DNA of 64,000 nucleotides from Mizuhopecten yessoensis (taxonomy: Eukaryota), in assembly GCF_002113885.1 (NCBI RefSeq), contig NW_018480038.1, positions 73,823 to 137,822 on the forward strand, written 5' to 3'. Below, piece after piece: positions 12,641 to 27,117 of the stretch (within the stretch, counting starts at the first letter, position 1; every line of letters begins with the position of its first letter). The position numbers and the translations under genes were made by a program. Under the pieces are notes generated by a model. The model did no database searches and had not been told where the DNA came from. It saw nothing but the letters and a program-made list of their open reading frames with translations.

Positions 12641-14138
12641 TATTTTGACGACTATGATGTCATATATGAAATGGAACCATACAGCAATTCTCTCCTATGC
12701 ACATTAGCGGGAACACGTCTCAATCAGATTTACAGTTAAACATGAATGCTTAGTTCTGAGAGAGAAAAAATAATACGGTATAAATTTGTTTTTTACAGAA
12801 TTGTAGATTTGTTTCTGAAATACGAATGTTGTCAAATCAACATAATGTAGCTATGTTACTGAAAAATGAATAATTGTGTACGATATCTGAAAAATAAAAA
12901 GTTGTAGGATTTTTACTGGTCACCACTGTATAGCAGGAGTGATACAGGGCGCATAATATATACATCCCTATCATAGTGTACCTGGATGTTTAAATGTAAG
13001 AGTTGAGAACTCTGCCACATTAAAAATGAAAATGAAATTGTCGGAGATGTTTTACATTCTGCTTTGTTTGTGTAGTTTTTATTTCGGTTATATCACCTTC
13101 AACTATGTAGGTAATTTAGATTTTTCGTAAGGCACATTGACAGTTTGCCAAGGTGCCCAGCAATCATCGAACAATTGCATGCCTTCACGGGGTAACGCAA
13201 CCTGCACGTTTATAACCCAGATACAGCCAACTCTTCTAACTCCATTTACACTTTACATAAAAAGTGTACTCTACAAACAGATGGTAGTATTGCGTTTACA
13301 TTAAACCAAAAAAACGTCTTGGAAGATATCATTAATAGATCTCGTACAATTTGAAAGGCTGTATCTCAATGCCATCTTGTTGTCGGGTGCTATGTGTCGT
13401 CAATTCAGAAGTAAATCAAATCACGCGTAAGTTATTAAATCTAAAGCGGTAATCGTCAGCTGGTGTAACCTCACTTAAGCAGTAAGTTCCTACCCAGCCA
13501 GAAAGTCGACGGCGACAGTTCGCAGACGGCAACACCATGGCCAAGTCTGCTTATACTCGAACACATCATAGCCAATAGCAAAATATGACGTCAAAATCCT
13601 ATTTTCCGCTAACATCTGGCGTTTTTACCTGCACAATAAACTGCAGCTAATATTCAATTAAATTGTTTTTCATGAGAGTTGATGATAAGGATTAGATTAT
13701 CTACGATTGCGAACACTCGTGTGGAGCCCACGACCGTGTAATGTGGTTGCCTCAGTAACACCAGTGTTTCCATAATACACACATCATATCATAATTGGTG
13801 ATTTGTCCAACAAGTGCAAGCTGTGGTTGATGTAGAGGTGGTCAATTAGAAGCAGGTGCCCGCCAAGTTAGTGACTGACTGCATCCCAGACGGACGGCGA
13901 CTAACGGGCACGTGCTCCAGCCCCTGTGTACCCAGGTGGTCAATGCCATGAATTAACTTAACACGAAGAAAAACACATGTAGAAATGAAGGTGAAAATAA
14001 CGATGCATGTCTGGTACATATCGTGTGTTCATTTTAATGTTTTATTAGACTCGTATTATTTTATTCCATGCTTTGATTCGTACAAAAGGGATGCAATACA
14101 TTACGAAGTCTGTTTCGTTATCCGTGTGGCGACACCAC

Positions 14139-17100
14139 GAACACCACCACCAGTACCTAACCAGAACACCACCACCAGTACCTTAACAGAACAACACCAC
14201 CAGTACCTAACCAGAATACCATCACCAGTACCTAACCAGAACACCACCTCCAGTCCCTAACCAGAACACCACAAGTACCTTACCAGAATAACACCACTAG
14301 TACCTAACCAAAACACCACCAGTACCTCACCAGAATAACACCGCTTATACCTAACCAAAACACCATCAGTACCTAACCAGAACCCCACCCCCAGTACCTA
14401 CCCAGAATACCCCCACCAGTACCTAACCAGAACACCACAACCAGTACCTAACCAGAATACCATCACCAGTACCTAACCAGAACACCACCACGTACCTAAC
14501 CAGAACACCACCACGTACCTAACCAGAACACCACCACCAGTCCCTAACCAGAACACCACCATCAGTACTTAACCAGAACACCACCAGTACCTAACCAGAA
14601 CACCACCACCAGTCCCTAACCAGAACACCACCAGTACCTTACCAGAATAACACCACTTGTACCTAACCAAAACACCACCAGTACCTAACCAGAATACCAC
14701 CACCAGTACCTTACCAGAACACCACCATCAGTACCTAACCAGAACAACACAACCAGTACATAACCAGAACACCACCACCAGTACCTTACCAGAATAACAC
14801 CACTTGTACCTAACCAAATCACCATTGGTACCTAACCAGAACACCACCACCAGTACATAACCAGAACACCGCCATCAGTACCTAACCAGAACAACACAAC
14901 CAGTACATAACCAGAACACCACCACCAGTGCCTTACCAGAACAACACCACCAGTACCTAAACAGAACAACACTACCAGTACCTAACCAGAACACCACCAC
15001 CAGTACCTTACCAGAATATCACCGCTTGTACCTAACCAAATCACCATTGGTACCTAACCAGAACACCACCACCAGTACATAACCAGAACACCACCACCAG
15101 TGCCTTACCAGAACAACACCACCAGTACCTCACTAGAATAACACCACTTATACCTAACCAAAACACCACCAGTCCCTAACCAGAACACCACCACCAGTAC
15201 CTAACCAAAACACCACCAGTACCTAACCAGAACACCACTACCAGTACCTAACCAGAACAACATCACAAGTACCTAACCAGAACAACACTACCAGTACCCA
15301 ACCAGAACACCACCACCAGTACCTAACCAGAACACCACAACCAGTATCTTAACAGAACAACACCACCAGTATCTACACAGAACAACCCCACCAGTACCTC
15401 ACCAGAATAACACCACTTATACCTAACCAAAACACCATCAGTACCTAACCAGAACAACACAACCAGTCCCTAACCAGAACAACACAACCAGTACATAACC
15501 AGAACACCACCACCAGTACCTAACCAGACCACCACCACCAGTACCTAACCAGAACACCCCCACCAGTACATAACCAGAACACCACCACCAGTACCTAACA
15601 AGAACACCACCACCAGTACCTAACCAGAAACAAACTACCAGTACCCAACCAGAACACCACCACCAGTACCTAACCAAAACACCACCAGTACCTAACCAGA
15701 ACACCACTACCAGTACCTAACCAGAACAACACCACCAGTGCCTTACCAGAACAACACCACCAGTACCTTACCAGAACAACACCACCAGTACCTCACTAGA
15801 ATAACACCACTTATACCTAACCAAAACACCATCAGTACCTAACCAGAACACCACCACCAGTATCTTAACAGAACAACCCCCCCAGTATCTTAACAGAACA
15901 ACACCACCAGTACCTAACCAGAACACCCCTACCAGTACCTAACCAGAACAACATCACAAGTACCAAACCAGAACAACACTACCAGTACCTAACCAGAACA
16001 ACACCACCAGTGCCTTACCAGAACAACACCACCAGTACCTCACTAGAATAACACCACTTATACCTAACCAAAACACCATCAGTACCTAACCAGAACACCA
16101 CCACCAGTACATTACCAGAACAACACCACCAGTACCTAACCAGAACAACACAACCAGTACCTAACCAGAACAACACAACCAGTACCTAACCAGAACACCA
16201 CCACCAGTATCTTAACAGAACAACACCACCAGTATCTTCACAGAACAACCCCACCAGTACCTCACCAGAATAACACCACTTATACCTAACCAAAACTCCA
16301 TCAGTACCTAACCAGAACAACACCACCAGTTCCTAACCAGAACGCCACCACCAGTACCTAACCAGAAGACAACCACCAGTATCTTAACAGAACAACACCA
16401 CCAGTATCTAAACAGAACAACACCACCAGTGCCTTACCAGAACAACACCACCAGTATCTAAACAGAACAACACCACCAGTGCCTTACCAGAACAACACCA
16501 CCAGTATCTTCACAGAACAACCCCACCAGTACCTAACCAAAACACCACCACCAGTACCTAAACAGAACAACACCACCAGTGTCTAACAAGAACACCACTA
16601 CCAGTACCTCCTAACCAGAACACCACCACCTGTATCTTAACAGAACAACACCCCCAGTGCCTTACCAGAACACCACCACCAGTGCCTAACCAGAACAACA
16701 CCACCAGTATCTTACCAGAACAACACCACCAGTATCTTACCAGAACAACACCACCAGTATCTTAACAGAACACCACCACCAGTATCTTCACAGAACAACC
16801 CCCCCAGTACCTCACCAGAATAACACCACTTATACCTCACCAAAACACCATCAGTACCTAACCAGAACACCAGCAGCACCTTACCACAACAACACCACCA
16901 GTACCTAAACAGAACAACACTACCAGAATAACACCACTTGTACCTAACCAAAACACCACCACCAGTACCTTACCAGAAAAACACCAACAGTACCTAACCA
17001 GAACACCAGCAGCACCTTACCACAACAACACCACCAGTACCTAAACAAAACAACACCACCAGTACCTACCCATAACACCACCACCAGTACCCAACCAGAA

Positions 17101-17682
17101 CACCACCACCAGTCCCTTACCAGAACAACACCACCAGTATCTACACAGAACAACCCCACCAGTACCTCACCAGAATAACACCGCTTATACCTAACCAAAA
17201 CACCATCAGTACCTAACCAGAACAACACCACCAGTACCTAACCAGAACACCACCACCAGTACTTAACCAGAACAACACCACCAGTACCTAACCAAAACAC
17301 CACCAGTACCTAACCAGAACACCACCACCAGTACCTAACCAGAACAACACCACCAGTACCTAACCAGAACACCACCAGTACCTTACCAGAACAACACCAC
17401 CAGTACCTAACCAAAACACCACCAGTACCTTACCAGAACACCACCACCAGTGCCTTACCAGAACAACACCACCAGTACCTAACCAGAACACCACCACCAG
17501 TACCTAACCAGAACAACACCACCAGTGCCTTACCAGAACAACACCACCAGTACCTTACCAGAACAACACCACCAGTACCTTACCAGAACAACACCACCAG
17601 TACCTAACCATAACAACACCACCAGTACCTAACCAGAACAACACCACCAGTACCTAACCAGAACACCACCACCAGTACCTAA
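14139..17682. repeat. 22/25-bp C/A-rich minisatellite, about 145 units
   Basis: Unit CAGTACCTAACCAGAACACCAC(CAC), with a recurring variant cassette CCAGAATAACACCACTTATACCTAACCAAAACACCATC. Confidence 0.96.
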
Positions 17683-19260
17683 CATGTATGTGGTGATATT
17701 GTCGTATGTTCTCTTTTATTTTATCATCAAAACAATTTTAGACCTAGAAACTGAACCGGAAATAGACACGTGGGTATATTAACGTATTAGACCTACAAAA
17801 GAACCGAGATATTTTGTCCATCAACAAGCGCCACTTTATTGAGGTCAACTTGGAGGTAGCGCACGTGCAGTAAGACATCAGTTCCATTCACAAGTTAAGA
17901 GTTATGTTCTCCATTCCGTAAATCAACGAGGAGTTAAAGTCGACCTGCTTGTTTTCTTCACTCAGTCAATTTGTTTAGTGAAGAGAAAACACTACTATTC
18001 GTCAATCAGACGCGCGCTTTGGTAGACGTTTTTGCGCCTTGTGAAGCCAAGTATAGAAGCTAGTAGCGTCCGGTAAGAGAGTCTGGTAATGCTCCTCTTA
18101 ATTACGATGTTATTTAAAGAATCACTTCAGTAAAATTAGGTTCTTCTTTTCAAACATAATCATCACACACGAATGTTCACGACATAGAAAAATGTGTGCA
18201 CTTCAGATACCGTGGCCTATTACTGCCGAGCTTTGCTGTCCCAATCAACCGGCTTTGCAAGTTCAGGCTTTGAAAAGTGGATATGGATGAGCCCACAGGG
18301 GGCATGATACTAGTCTAGTACCTGCCCTCGTATCGACCGAGACAGCTAGCCTTTATATAGGACATGGACGGTACGATCCTCAGGTATGTTCACGGAAATA
18401 GGATAATTTACAAAGTTGTCGACACGGAGTGATTATCAACTGAAACGAACGATTTACAGATCTGAGTGAGAAGTTTATGCGATACTCGGGATAAAAAAAC
18501 TAATCTATATCCAAATATCGTAATCTCTCGCGATACTATCACACACGGTTTATAGCTACATGACCTCAGCTGTCTGTGGTTCATAGGATAGTAAACATTC
18601 AAAGGTCAAGGTTTACACGATAGTAAACAATCGCACCGTAAATAATCCAAGGTAAAACTTGTGTATATAATAAAATATTTGTTTATCTCGATCAAATGTA
18701 TGATACAATCACAAATCTGGATTAAGCCTTCATCTGGTTCGCTCGTGAACTGTTTACGTAGACAACGAGGGCAGTATGGACAGATCAAGGCCATGTTGAT
18801 TAATAGTACTTAGACCAATCAGAAGCCTGACATATGATATGGTGAACTTACATTCAGAAAAAATGTAATAAGAAAGCGTACGTATGTTGTGTTATCATAA
18901 GTAGCCTTGAATACATTGTAGTATAATGGGTAGGTCTTACAAATTGTAAATATAGATAGGTCGACAAATATATGAAGGATATAGAAATTATGATAGCGAT
19001 ATTTATATAAAAAAATGTAAACAAATGATGATAGAGAGATACCCCGAGTATACAATTGAAAATATCAAATCAAATACCGTCAAAATTGAAATTCTTCCGT
19101 TATTGCTACAATTTTCGGAATGAAATGTGAAGAGAAATATTGTTTATGATCTCAAAGGAGACATTATCCAGGTCATACATGTCGACATTAAACACTTAAA
19201 CAGTCCAACTCAATACGTTATAAGGCTTGAAGATCTTATGAGAACTCTTAAGGTGTCCCC

Positions 19261-20861
19261 CACCGTCGTATTTCACTGTTTTCGCTTCCTCTCTGCACTT
19301 TCGCGGCGACCTTGGGAAACTAACTCGGGACCTTTCATGACACTACTGGTGAGTTGGCATGAATTCGACCTCTAAGAGTGTTCGTACAGATAGTCACGAA
19401 CCTGGGAAAACTTGGCATTATTTGCCAACAAGTGGTCTTACGCCATTAACACCAGTAATTAGCTAATTACAATAAAAACATACCACTGTACTTCAGAAAT
19501 ACAAGTACCGAGTGTTTTTACAGTTATTCCCAACTACAAGAAGGAACCGCTACTACAACTGTTTTAGATGACCTTATAGAATAACTCCTTATCCAGGGTG
19601 TTCGTTCTCTACATCTCCATACAACAATGGTCGGCTGGGTACGTATTAACAGGCCACCTAATTAGTATCTATGATGAGAGGATACGAGAGCGTTTGTTGA
19701 AGGGTGAATTTCAGGAAACTTGTTAATTCCACGGGAGAATACGCCAGACAATGGACAAACCCATAGAATACTGAATTGGATACACTTTCAAAGTGAGCTT
19801 CTATCGGGTTCATAATTCTACAAAGAATGATAAGCTTGAAACCACGCAGACGTTCGTATTTTTAACCCCGATGTCTACACCAAATTCAACAACCTGAATG
19901 AGGAACATGTGTCTGTGTCAACAGGGGAAGCATCAAGTCACTTTATCCTTTTTACAAACGGAACTTAGTCTGCTTGATACCCTACGAAACCCTGCATGTA
20001 CTTTTTTAATTCAAAATACGAAATATTATTTAATAAAGCTTTTCTTCTGAATACCAGTTACTGATACGATTAAGACATGCCTCGTTTGTATTGGATTCAA
20101 AATCAATGTTTAACGTTGACTCCTCAAAAATATTTCTTTTGTCAGAAAATCTTACTTTTCTTCGATAGTGGGCCACGATGGCCGAATGGTTAAAGCGTGC
20201 TACCACTAGCCCTCCTCCACAGGGTCACGGGTTCGAGACCTACGTTGGGCAGTAGCAATGTACTGGCCGTAGGTTGGTGGTTTTTCTCCAGGAACTCCGG
20301 CTTTCCTCCACCATCAAAACCTGGCTTGTCCTTTAGTGATCATAGCTGTCAAAGAGGACGTAAAACACAAACAAACCAAAACTGACTTTCCTCTCTGTAC
20401 ACTACCATACATTATATCGAATTAAAGGAACACTCTCGTTCTCCTGCTGCAATTTCTTTCTTTCTCTCTGGAGCATATTTTTGAAATAAAACCGACAAAG
20501 TCCAGGATGAAACAGTTAGAATGGCTAAATTCCTGATGGACATTATCTGTGTGGAGTTCGATGGAGAGACTTTCAAGCAGACTGTTAGTATAAACTTTGT
20601 TTCGCTTCTTTCATTCAACACAACAGTTTGGGCAAATTCACAAGTGTAACAGAAACGGGATATGGAGACAAGCGTAGACGGTTGACATACCTATGGGGAA
20701 AACTGCACTCCTCTCTTGGACAACTTATTTTTGATTCTCAATTTATCGAAAAGCTAATCAAGACAGTTAACAAAGACCTTGCTAATCCGTTCAATATTGC
20801 TTTGATAAGCAAGGCATTTATTGATCACATCGATCGTATACACCCTTCTAATTTTGAATAA
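19261..20861 (+). mobile_element. Decayed Penelope-like retroelement (PLE) RT ORF, frameshifted and interrupted by a SINE
   Basis: Collinear motif remnants by manual translation: SLFSLPL (19273), LFANK (19418), IPLYF (19480), AGYVLTGHL (19634), EYARQW..ELDTLS (19737), DMPRLYWI (20074), KT-DF/SLYTTI (20378), FLMDIICVEFDGETFKQTV (20530), IPMG/NCTPLLDNLFL (20687), IHPSNFE (20838). They match the invertebrate PLE consensus I recall (FANKG, GHVITGDL, DYARQW, DLPSLYWIPK, DFSTLYTTIPH, IPMGTNCAPLLADLFL, IYPSELEIK). The YIDD motif is deleted. Confidence 0.85.
20170..20376 (+). mobile_element. tRNA-derived SINE with a V-domain-like core
   Basis: Pol III A box TGGCCGAATGG (20179-20189), B box GGTTCGAGACC (20230-20240), core GGTGGTTTTTCTCCAGGAACTCCGGCTTTCCTCCACC resembling the V-SINE domain, and an AAAC-type tail. 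Confidence 0.88.
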
Positions 20862-21384
20862 AAAATAATGTTTTCGACGTTACTTTCTCGTTTGTCACAT
20901 TTAGAACGTAATATTATTTTGATTTGATCTGAATTTACATGGTCTGTGTCGTCAAGGAGTCAGACGCTGTTGACTTCCGGTAGACCTGCGCTTCGTACTT
21001 TTTGAAGGGTATAAATCTGTCATTTGTTCATAGTCTGCCCTAGTTCTATCAACTTTGAGTTCTAATTACTGTTTTTAGCTACTAAGCTCTATTCCTAGCG
21101 TGGCGATTTCGATTTTCTGATCATTCACTAGTTCTGTCTTGATTGTATTTGCCCTCCTTCCCCCAAGTTCAGTGTTAACGTATTGCACGCATTTAATTCG
21201 ATGTTAATACCATTTTCCTGATTTCGAATGATGACGAAATCTAAAATTCCGAGTTTCCAAACATGCAGGTTGATGAAGTGTGTTGGTCGTTGAGAAATTT
21301 TCTATTTCTTTGTGCAATATATAAATCGCCATGTTCATTATGCACGTTACTGGGGTTTTGTTGTCGCTGTCCCGGTGCTCTATT

Positions 21385-22267
21385 TGGCTTTACAGTACAG
21401 TAAATGTTTGGTGATACTGAAAGTTAACTCTGGCTGTAAAGAACAGTAAATGTTTGGCGATACTGAAAGTTAACTCTGGCTTTACAGTACAGTAAATGTT
21501 TGGGAATACTGAACGTTAACTCTGGCTTTACAGTACAGTAAATTTTTGGTGATACTGAACGTTAACTCTGGCTTTACAGTACAGTAAATGTTTGGGAATA
21601 CTGAACGTTAACTCTGGCTTTACAGTACAGTAAATTTTTGGTGATACTGAACGTTAACTCTGGCTTCACAGTACAGTAAATGTTTGGTAATACTGAACGT
21701 TAACTCTGGCTTTACAGTACAGTAAATGTTTGGTGATACTGAAAGTTAACTCTGACTTTACAGTACAGTAAATGTTATGTGATACTGAAAGTTAACTCTG
21801 GCTTTACAGTACAGTAAATGTTTGGTGATACTGAACGTTAACTCTGGCTTTACAGTACAGTAAATGTTTGGTAATACTGAACGTTAACTCTGGCTTTACA
21901 GTACAGTAAATGTTTGGTGATACTGAAAGTTGACTCTGGCTGTACAGTACAGTAAATGTTTGGTGATAGTGAAAGTTAACTCTGGCTTTACAGTACAGTA
22001 AATGCTTGGTGATACTGAAAGTTAACTCTGGCTTTACAGTACAGTAACTGTTTGGTGATACTGAAAGTTAACTCTGGCTTTACAGTACAGTAAATGTTTG
22101 GTGATACTGAAAGTTAACTCTGGCTGTACAGTACAGTAAATGTTTGGTGATAGTGAAAGGTAACTCTGGCTTTACAGTACAGTAAATGTTTGGTGATAGT
22201 GAAAGGTAACTCTGGCTTTACAGTACAGTAAATGTTTGGTGATACTGAAAGTTAACTCTCGCTGTAC
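21385..22267. repeat. 46-bp minisatellite, about 19 highly similar copies
   Basis: Unit TGGCTTTACAGTACAGTAAATGTTTGGTGATACTGAAAGTTAACTC. Confidence 0.97.
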
Positions 22268-25200
22268 TATTGATGTTTCTAGAATTGTCCCTATTTTACG
22301 TAGAAGCCAATGGTCTCCGTTGAATCTTCCATATGTTCAGATTTTACCCTGGTCCTATCGATTTTGAGTTCGAACTACGGTTTTTTTCATTACACCTCCA
22401 TTATCTCTAGCTTTCTTCATAACAAGTGAATATGTTCGCCTGCGAATATATTTGTTCTAATTTCGTTCATGTGGAATAAGCGAAAATTGTCCATTTTAAA
22501 GGTTGCATCGCCTACAATATATACAACGCTATTTTTTCTATATTTTTAGTGACAACACTCTCACTATACGTGCACAATATCAGCAGCACCTAGGATTAAA
22601 GCCATTTCAAAATCAATCTTATGATATTCATTACATAGCTCAAATACGTCACAAGCGTGTAAAACGCTGCACGGCTGAACTACCTTGACCGCCCGATCCC
22701 TATTCGATCAGGATACAGATATGAGGATCAGATATTGACCGCAAGCATGTCAGTTATTTGGAAGACGATCCAAAACTGTACTTAACGTAGCTTTTTACTG
22801 CTCTTTATAGTGTCGTAAAGCGACGTAGAATTCTCTGCAATTCTTAGTGCGATGTTCTGTAATCCGTAACGCTATATCGTAGTGGTAGGGTTTTATTGTC
22901 TTGTTTTGATAAACAGTCGTACACACGAGAAAAATCTGCCATCAAATACAGTAATTTAAATATTGTAGGATGGTGAAAAGACGTTTATTTTAAACTGTTT
23001 AGGTAGAAATCAACCATTTCTTTGGGAAAAATAACAAAACTTGACAGTGTAAACATATATGTGTTGATGAAGATGGTCCAACAAATTCGTCTATAGTCGT
23101 ATAAAGTTTCTACAACTTCCTGTTATTGCGGTTTTAACTGAAGTCGCGGCCCTGATTACAGGAACCCAAAAACATATCAATTGACTAATTCTGTTTCAAT
23201 GGTCAATATAAAGGCGAAGTAAAACGCTGTGTTAGGTCGCTACAAACAACATGATTTAATAATAGGCCGTGAGATAAGACAGCGAGCAGCCTCTTTATCA
23301 GCGAGAAGGATTAACAACAGATGTGTACCAGCCAACGTTGAAACTAGCCACGTATTGTTGAACGCAACTTATGGAGCATATTACAAACGTAAAGTGAACA
23401 AAGTCGTCAATCGCAGAGGTCAGACGGAGAATAATGAAAAACACAAAACTTGAAAAACACGTGTCATGACCTAGCAAAGGTCGATTCTTTGAAAAGTAAA
23501 AATAAAAACCTGTAAAAAATAAGCAATTACGATCGAAATATCAAAGAAAAACACATCAAATACAAATTAAATGATTGTATATTATTTCAAGGTCGTTAAG
23601 GCACAACAAAGACCTTGTCAGATAGATCAGTCAATGGTTAGTTGTACTTAACGTACCCGTTTGACTTGTATTCCATTATATACGGTACCAATTTATTTTT
23701 TAGTTTGTGTGTGGGGTGCTGTAATTTTTGGCTTAATAAAGTAGAGCAGAAACAGAAAACACTTCGGAAGATCTTTTATTTATAACAAATGACAATAAAA
23801 ACAAGCTAGTTCTGTATTTATTACTAAATAAATGAACTTCCTTGAATAAAAAACAACAACCTGGCGCCTTACAATTTACGTCCTATCTATAATTAACAAA
23901 ACACTCACTTGATTAATGAAGGTACTTAACAGTTCGTTAAAGAAGGCCAAAGTCGTGTCTTGTTGATTGAACATTCCTGGTGAAGTACACGGCTCGTCCA
24001 TTTTAGGACACGCGTCGGCTTTATTTAGAGCACGTCTTCCAAGAGGAAATTCCAGAATGTACATACTCGTTTCTCAATAAAATCGATCGCAGTTAGACTA
24101 ACGAGTTTACATTAACCCTCACCTACAGAGGCCATGGACTTATCTAATTAATTAAGGAGTTTCTGTAATTTCGCTTTTTAAACGGTCACTTTGTTGGCAG
24201 TCTCGTCTGAAAGTCATGTGACTGTTTTGAACCTTGCGGGACACCAACAGTACACGAGGTTTCACATGGACTAAGGCGACTTTCTCATGGCCCCAGCAGC
24301 TCTTCCCTATCTCAACACAATCAGATTAAGGATTAACTAATTGTTCCATCTTATTCTCCTGGTGATAACAATCCCAAATATGTGGAGTATCTCGCTAGTA
24401 ATTCTACCAATTCCCGGTATGACGGGGCCTGCCTACCAAAGATGGGGGATTAGTGTGTGTATAATTTAAAACATCCCAAATCGACATTGTCAGCGGTAAA
24501 CACACAAACAGGTTGATGCGTAAGCAAGGCATGCCTTTAAACATAGTGTCTCGTGCAGGCCTCGTGGGTACACATACATACCGCAGTTAAGTCTCTTCCG
24601 ATTGTTTCATTTTCAATTTGCAACGCTGATTTCAATCTTCTATCATTCTTTTGGCTGTTCATTTCTGTTCAGTGTATGAGGTGTTAATAATAGGTTACGA
24701 GCGGATGAACGCTACGTAAGCTAGTCTAATCTTTAACGGTTATGTGGCCACACAGAACACTCAATAATTTGTTTAATTAATTTTATTTCAATGAGTTGGC
24801 GATTACATTGTTACATTTGCTATACTATGTGATCGTTGTGAAAAAGTGTGTATAATATGTACCAGATTTTTATTTTCCCCTCGTAGCCATTTCGATGTAG
24901 GGAAATGTTGCAAACACAACAAATTGAAGTGTTTTCTGTTTTGTTTTTGATTTACAACATTTTATAATTAATACGTCAATAAAATTATTATTTCTTGTAA
25001 TTGTTCATCCTTACTTTCAAGTACGATATACGTACTTGACGATTACTATTTTAGTTTGAACTATTGGATCTCCATGTTTATTGTTGTGACTTCGTGCTTC
25101 AGACTTAAATCAGTGATGCGCTTTTGTTAAACAGTTGTTTGACCCATGTTATAATGGAGATGACCCCAGAATGATTCCTCCATCACCATGCCCTTGTCCG

Positions 25201-25380
25201 TCATCATCCTTCAACTATAATCCAGTAACTCAAGATCTAAATATCAACATGGTCTAAAGTATCGCAAACGCGACCAAAACATATCTGCTGTGCCTATTGC
25301 AATATTTTGAATCTTACCTTTCTTTCTACTTCTATCTACCTTTTATTTCCTAGCGCCTTACTTGGCAACACCTCACTTTT

Positions 25381-25440
25381 GAGTTCGCCCAGGTGAGGAA
25401 GGCAATGGGTTCTGTCCCAAGGCCGGGACATACCAAAGTC
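25381..25440 (+). mobile_element. Degenerate tRNA-derived SINE head fragment
   Basis: GTTCGCCC...GGAAGG...GGGTTCTGTCCC..GGCCGGGACATACCAAAGTC resembles an invertebrate SINE B-box region followed by CATACCAAAG. No body follows. Confidence 0.45.
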
Positions 25441-25841
25441 CTTCGGGGCTATCGGGGATGTTTTTTTTATCTTTAAATAACCAATAAACTATTGACAATG
25501 TCGATCGTTTTAACCCTCCTAAATGAATTCAAGTACACAACTGACTGCATGTCGTGCTTGAGGCTACAGAGTATGACCCCATTCCCGTATCGGGTTGTTT
25601 TCCTCTGTCTATGGGATGTTGAAGATGTGCTGTCTCCTTATTTTTCTGGCCCCAAAACGTTTTGTATAGGTTTCCACGCGGACAAGTGAACACCTTCACC
25701 GGTGTACAGTGCTGTCAGTAAAGCTACAGATCGCCTATGTCTCGCTGAGCGTGTTACATTACCACAGAAAGCCATCATTAATTAGAGACGTTAATTGTGA
25801 TACGCCGTGACTGTCACATTCCTCAATCCTCACTCCTTCAC

Positions 25842-26070
25842 CACAGGGGCCAGATATATACGGGCAAGTGTTAATAAAGTAATATCATATGCACAGGGGC
25901 AAGAGATATATAGGCCAATGTTAGTAAAGTAGTAGTATTATACACAGGGGGCAGAGATATACGGACCAGTGTTTGTAAAGTAATTGTATATACACAGGGG
26001 CCAGAGACATACTGGTCAGTGTTAGTAAAGTAATATCATATACACAGGGTCCAGGGAGTTACGGGCTATT
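25842..26070. repeat. Degenerate tandem repeat of about 50 bp, about 4.5 copies
   Basis: CACAGGG recurs at 25842, 25892, 25943, 25993 and 26043, each followed by similar GTGTTAGTAAAGTA sequence. Confidence 0.85.
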
Positions 26071-27117
26071 ACTGTTAGTAATAATTCAAATGCCTCACAA
26101 CTTCAACAGCCCAAATGTTTGAAACATTTTACTTATCTGCAACACTGACAACAATGTCGAATTTTGTCATTGACTTTATGTCTTCCAGTATATATTAGGT
26201 CTCTCAACTGAAAAAAAATCCGATTCCTTTACCGGACCGAGGTTCAACTTTGTATGGAAACATTTCGACGCACGTAAACTCGATATCATCATCGAAATTT
26301 CAGTCGTCTACACTTAGTTTTGGTTATTTTCCGATACCGGACACGAAATTAACATCACGTATTAGCTATCGCATCTCATTTCAAATTTATGTCACGGTCA
26401 CGTGGCTGTTGCATTTAAAAATAACTTACGTGTGATTAATTTTTATTACATATTGCTATTTGGTGCGGATCATTGGGCCGTTTATCCTTTATAACATTAC
26501 AAACCAGTCCGTATTTACTGTCTGGTCCCTGTGTCTCTGATGGGTTCAGAGGAACGTAGTTGGCGCTGTCAGATAGCTTGTCTCTGGTAGTCCCAGTTGG
26601 TTTAACAAGCAGTAAACATGTTTATGTACAATATATTATTGTCTTTACATATGTTGACTACCGGTCTGACACGGCGTCTTCCACCTGCGTCAAAAACGTC
26701 TGAAATCTCTAGGTTTACACTTATGACGACAGTAAACGCGACAGCGGACATTTGTCAGACAGAAGGACTGCGGCCTGACCAAGACTAATTGACCACAATG
26801 ATTGCAAACAACAAGCTTCACAGTAAAACAATGACAGGTGTCTGCTGTCGTGACAAAAAGGAGGAAGTCCACTCGCATGGTAGATAACAAGAAGGGGGTG
26901 ATAGTCGTATAATCGTTACAAATTGGGAAACATGTTTTTACTCGTAGGGAAAAGGAGGGTTAACTTCACCCATTGTCGGTCGGCAAAAGGGTGTGAAGCT
27001 CGCTTCTTGCATGGCCAATAAAAAAAGGAGCGGGGAGGGGAGGGGACTTTTCATATAGAGTAAAGGGGTAATCTGTTATTTGCATGGTTGGTACAAATGA
27101 AGAAATTCTCGAATGGC

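Noticed and set aside
14139-17682. Telomere-derived repeat (CCTAACC in each unit)
   Set aside because: Only one partial motif per unit and no tandem (TTAGGG)n
18208-18383. AG...GT-bounded exon-like segment (a similar one lies at 57743-57844)
   Set aside because: Stops in all three frames. These could only be non-coding exons, which cannot be supported from sequence alone
19794-19796. In-frame TGA in the PLE as selenocysteine
   Set aside because: It replaces an expected Trp (TGG to TGA) in a copy riddled with other stops and frameshifts
20151-20395. TSD around the SINE (CTTACTTTTC / CTGACTTTCC)
   Set aside because: The match is poor and the left copy is not adjacent to the SINE 5' end. The downstream copy is better explained as PLE coding sequence (KT-DF)
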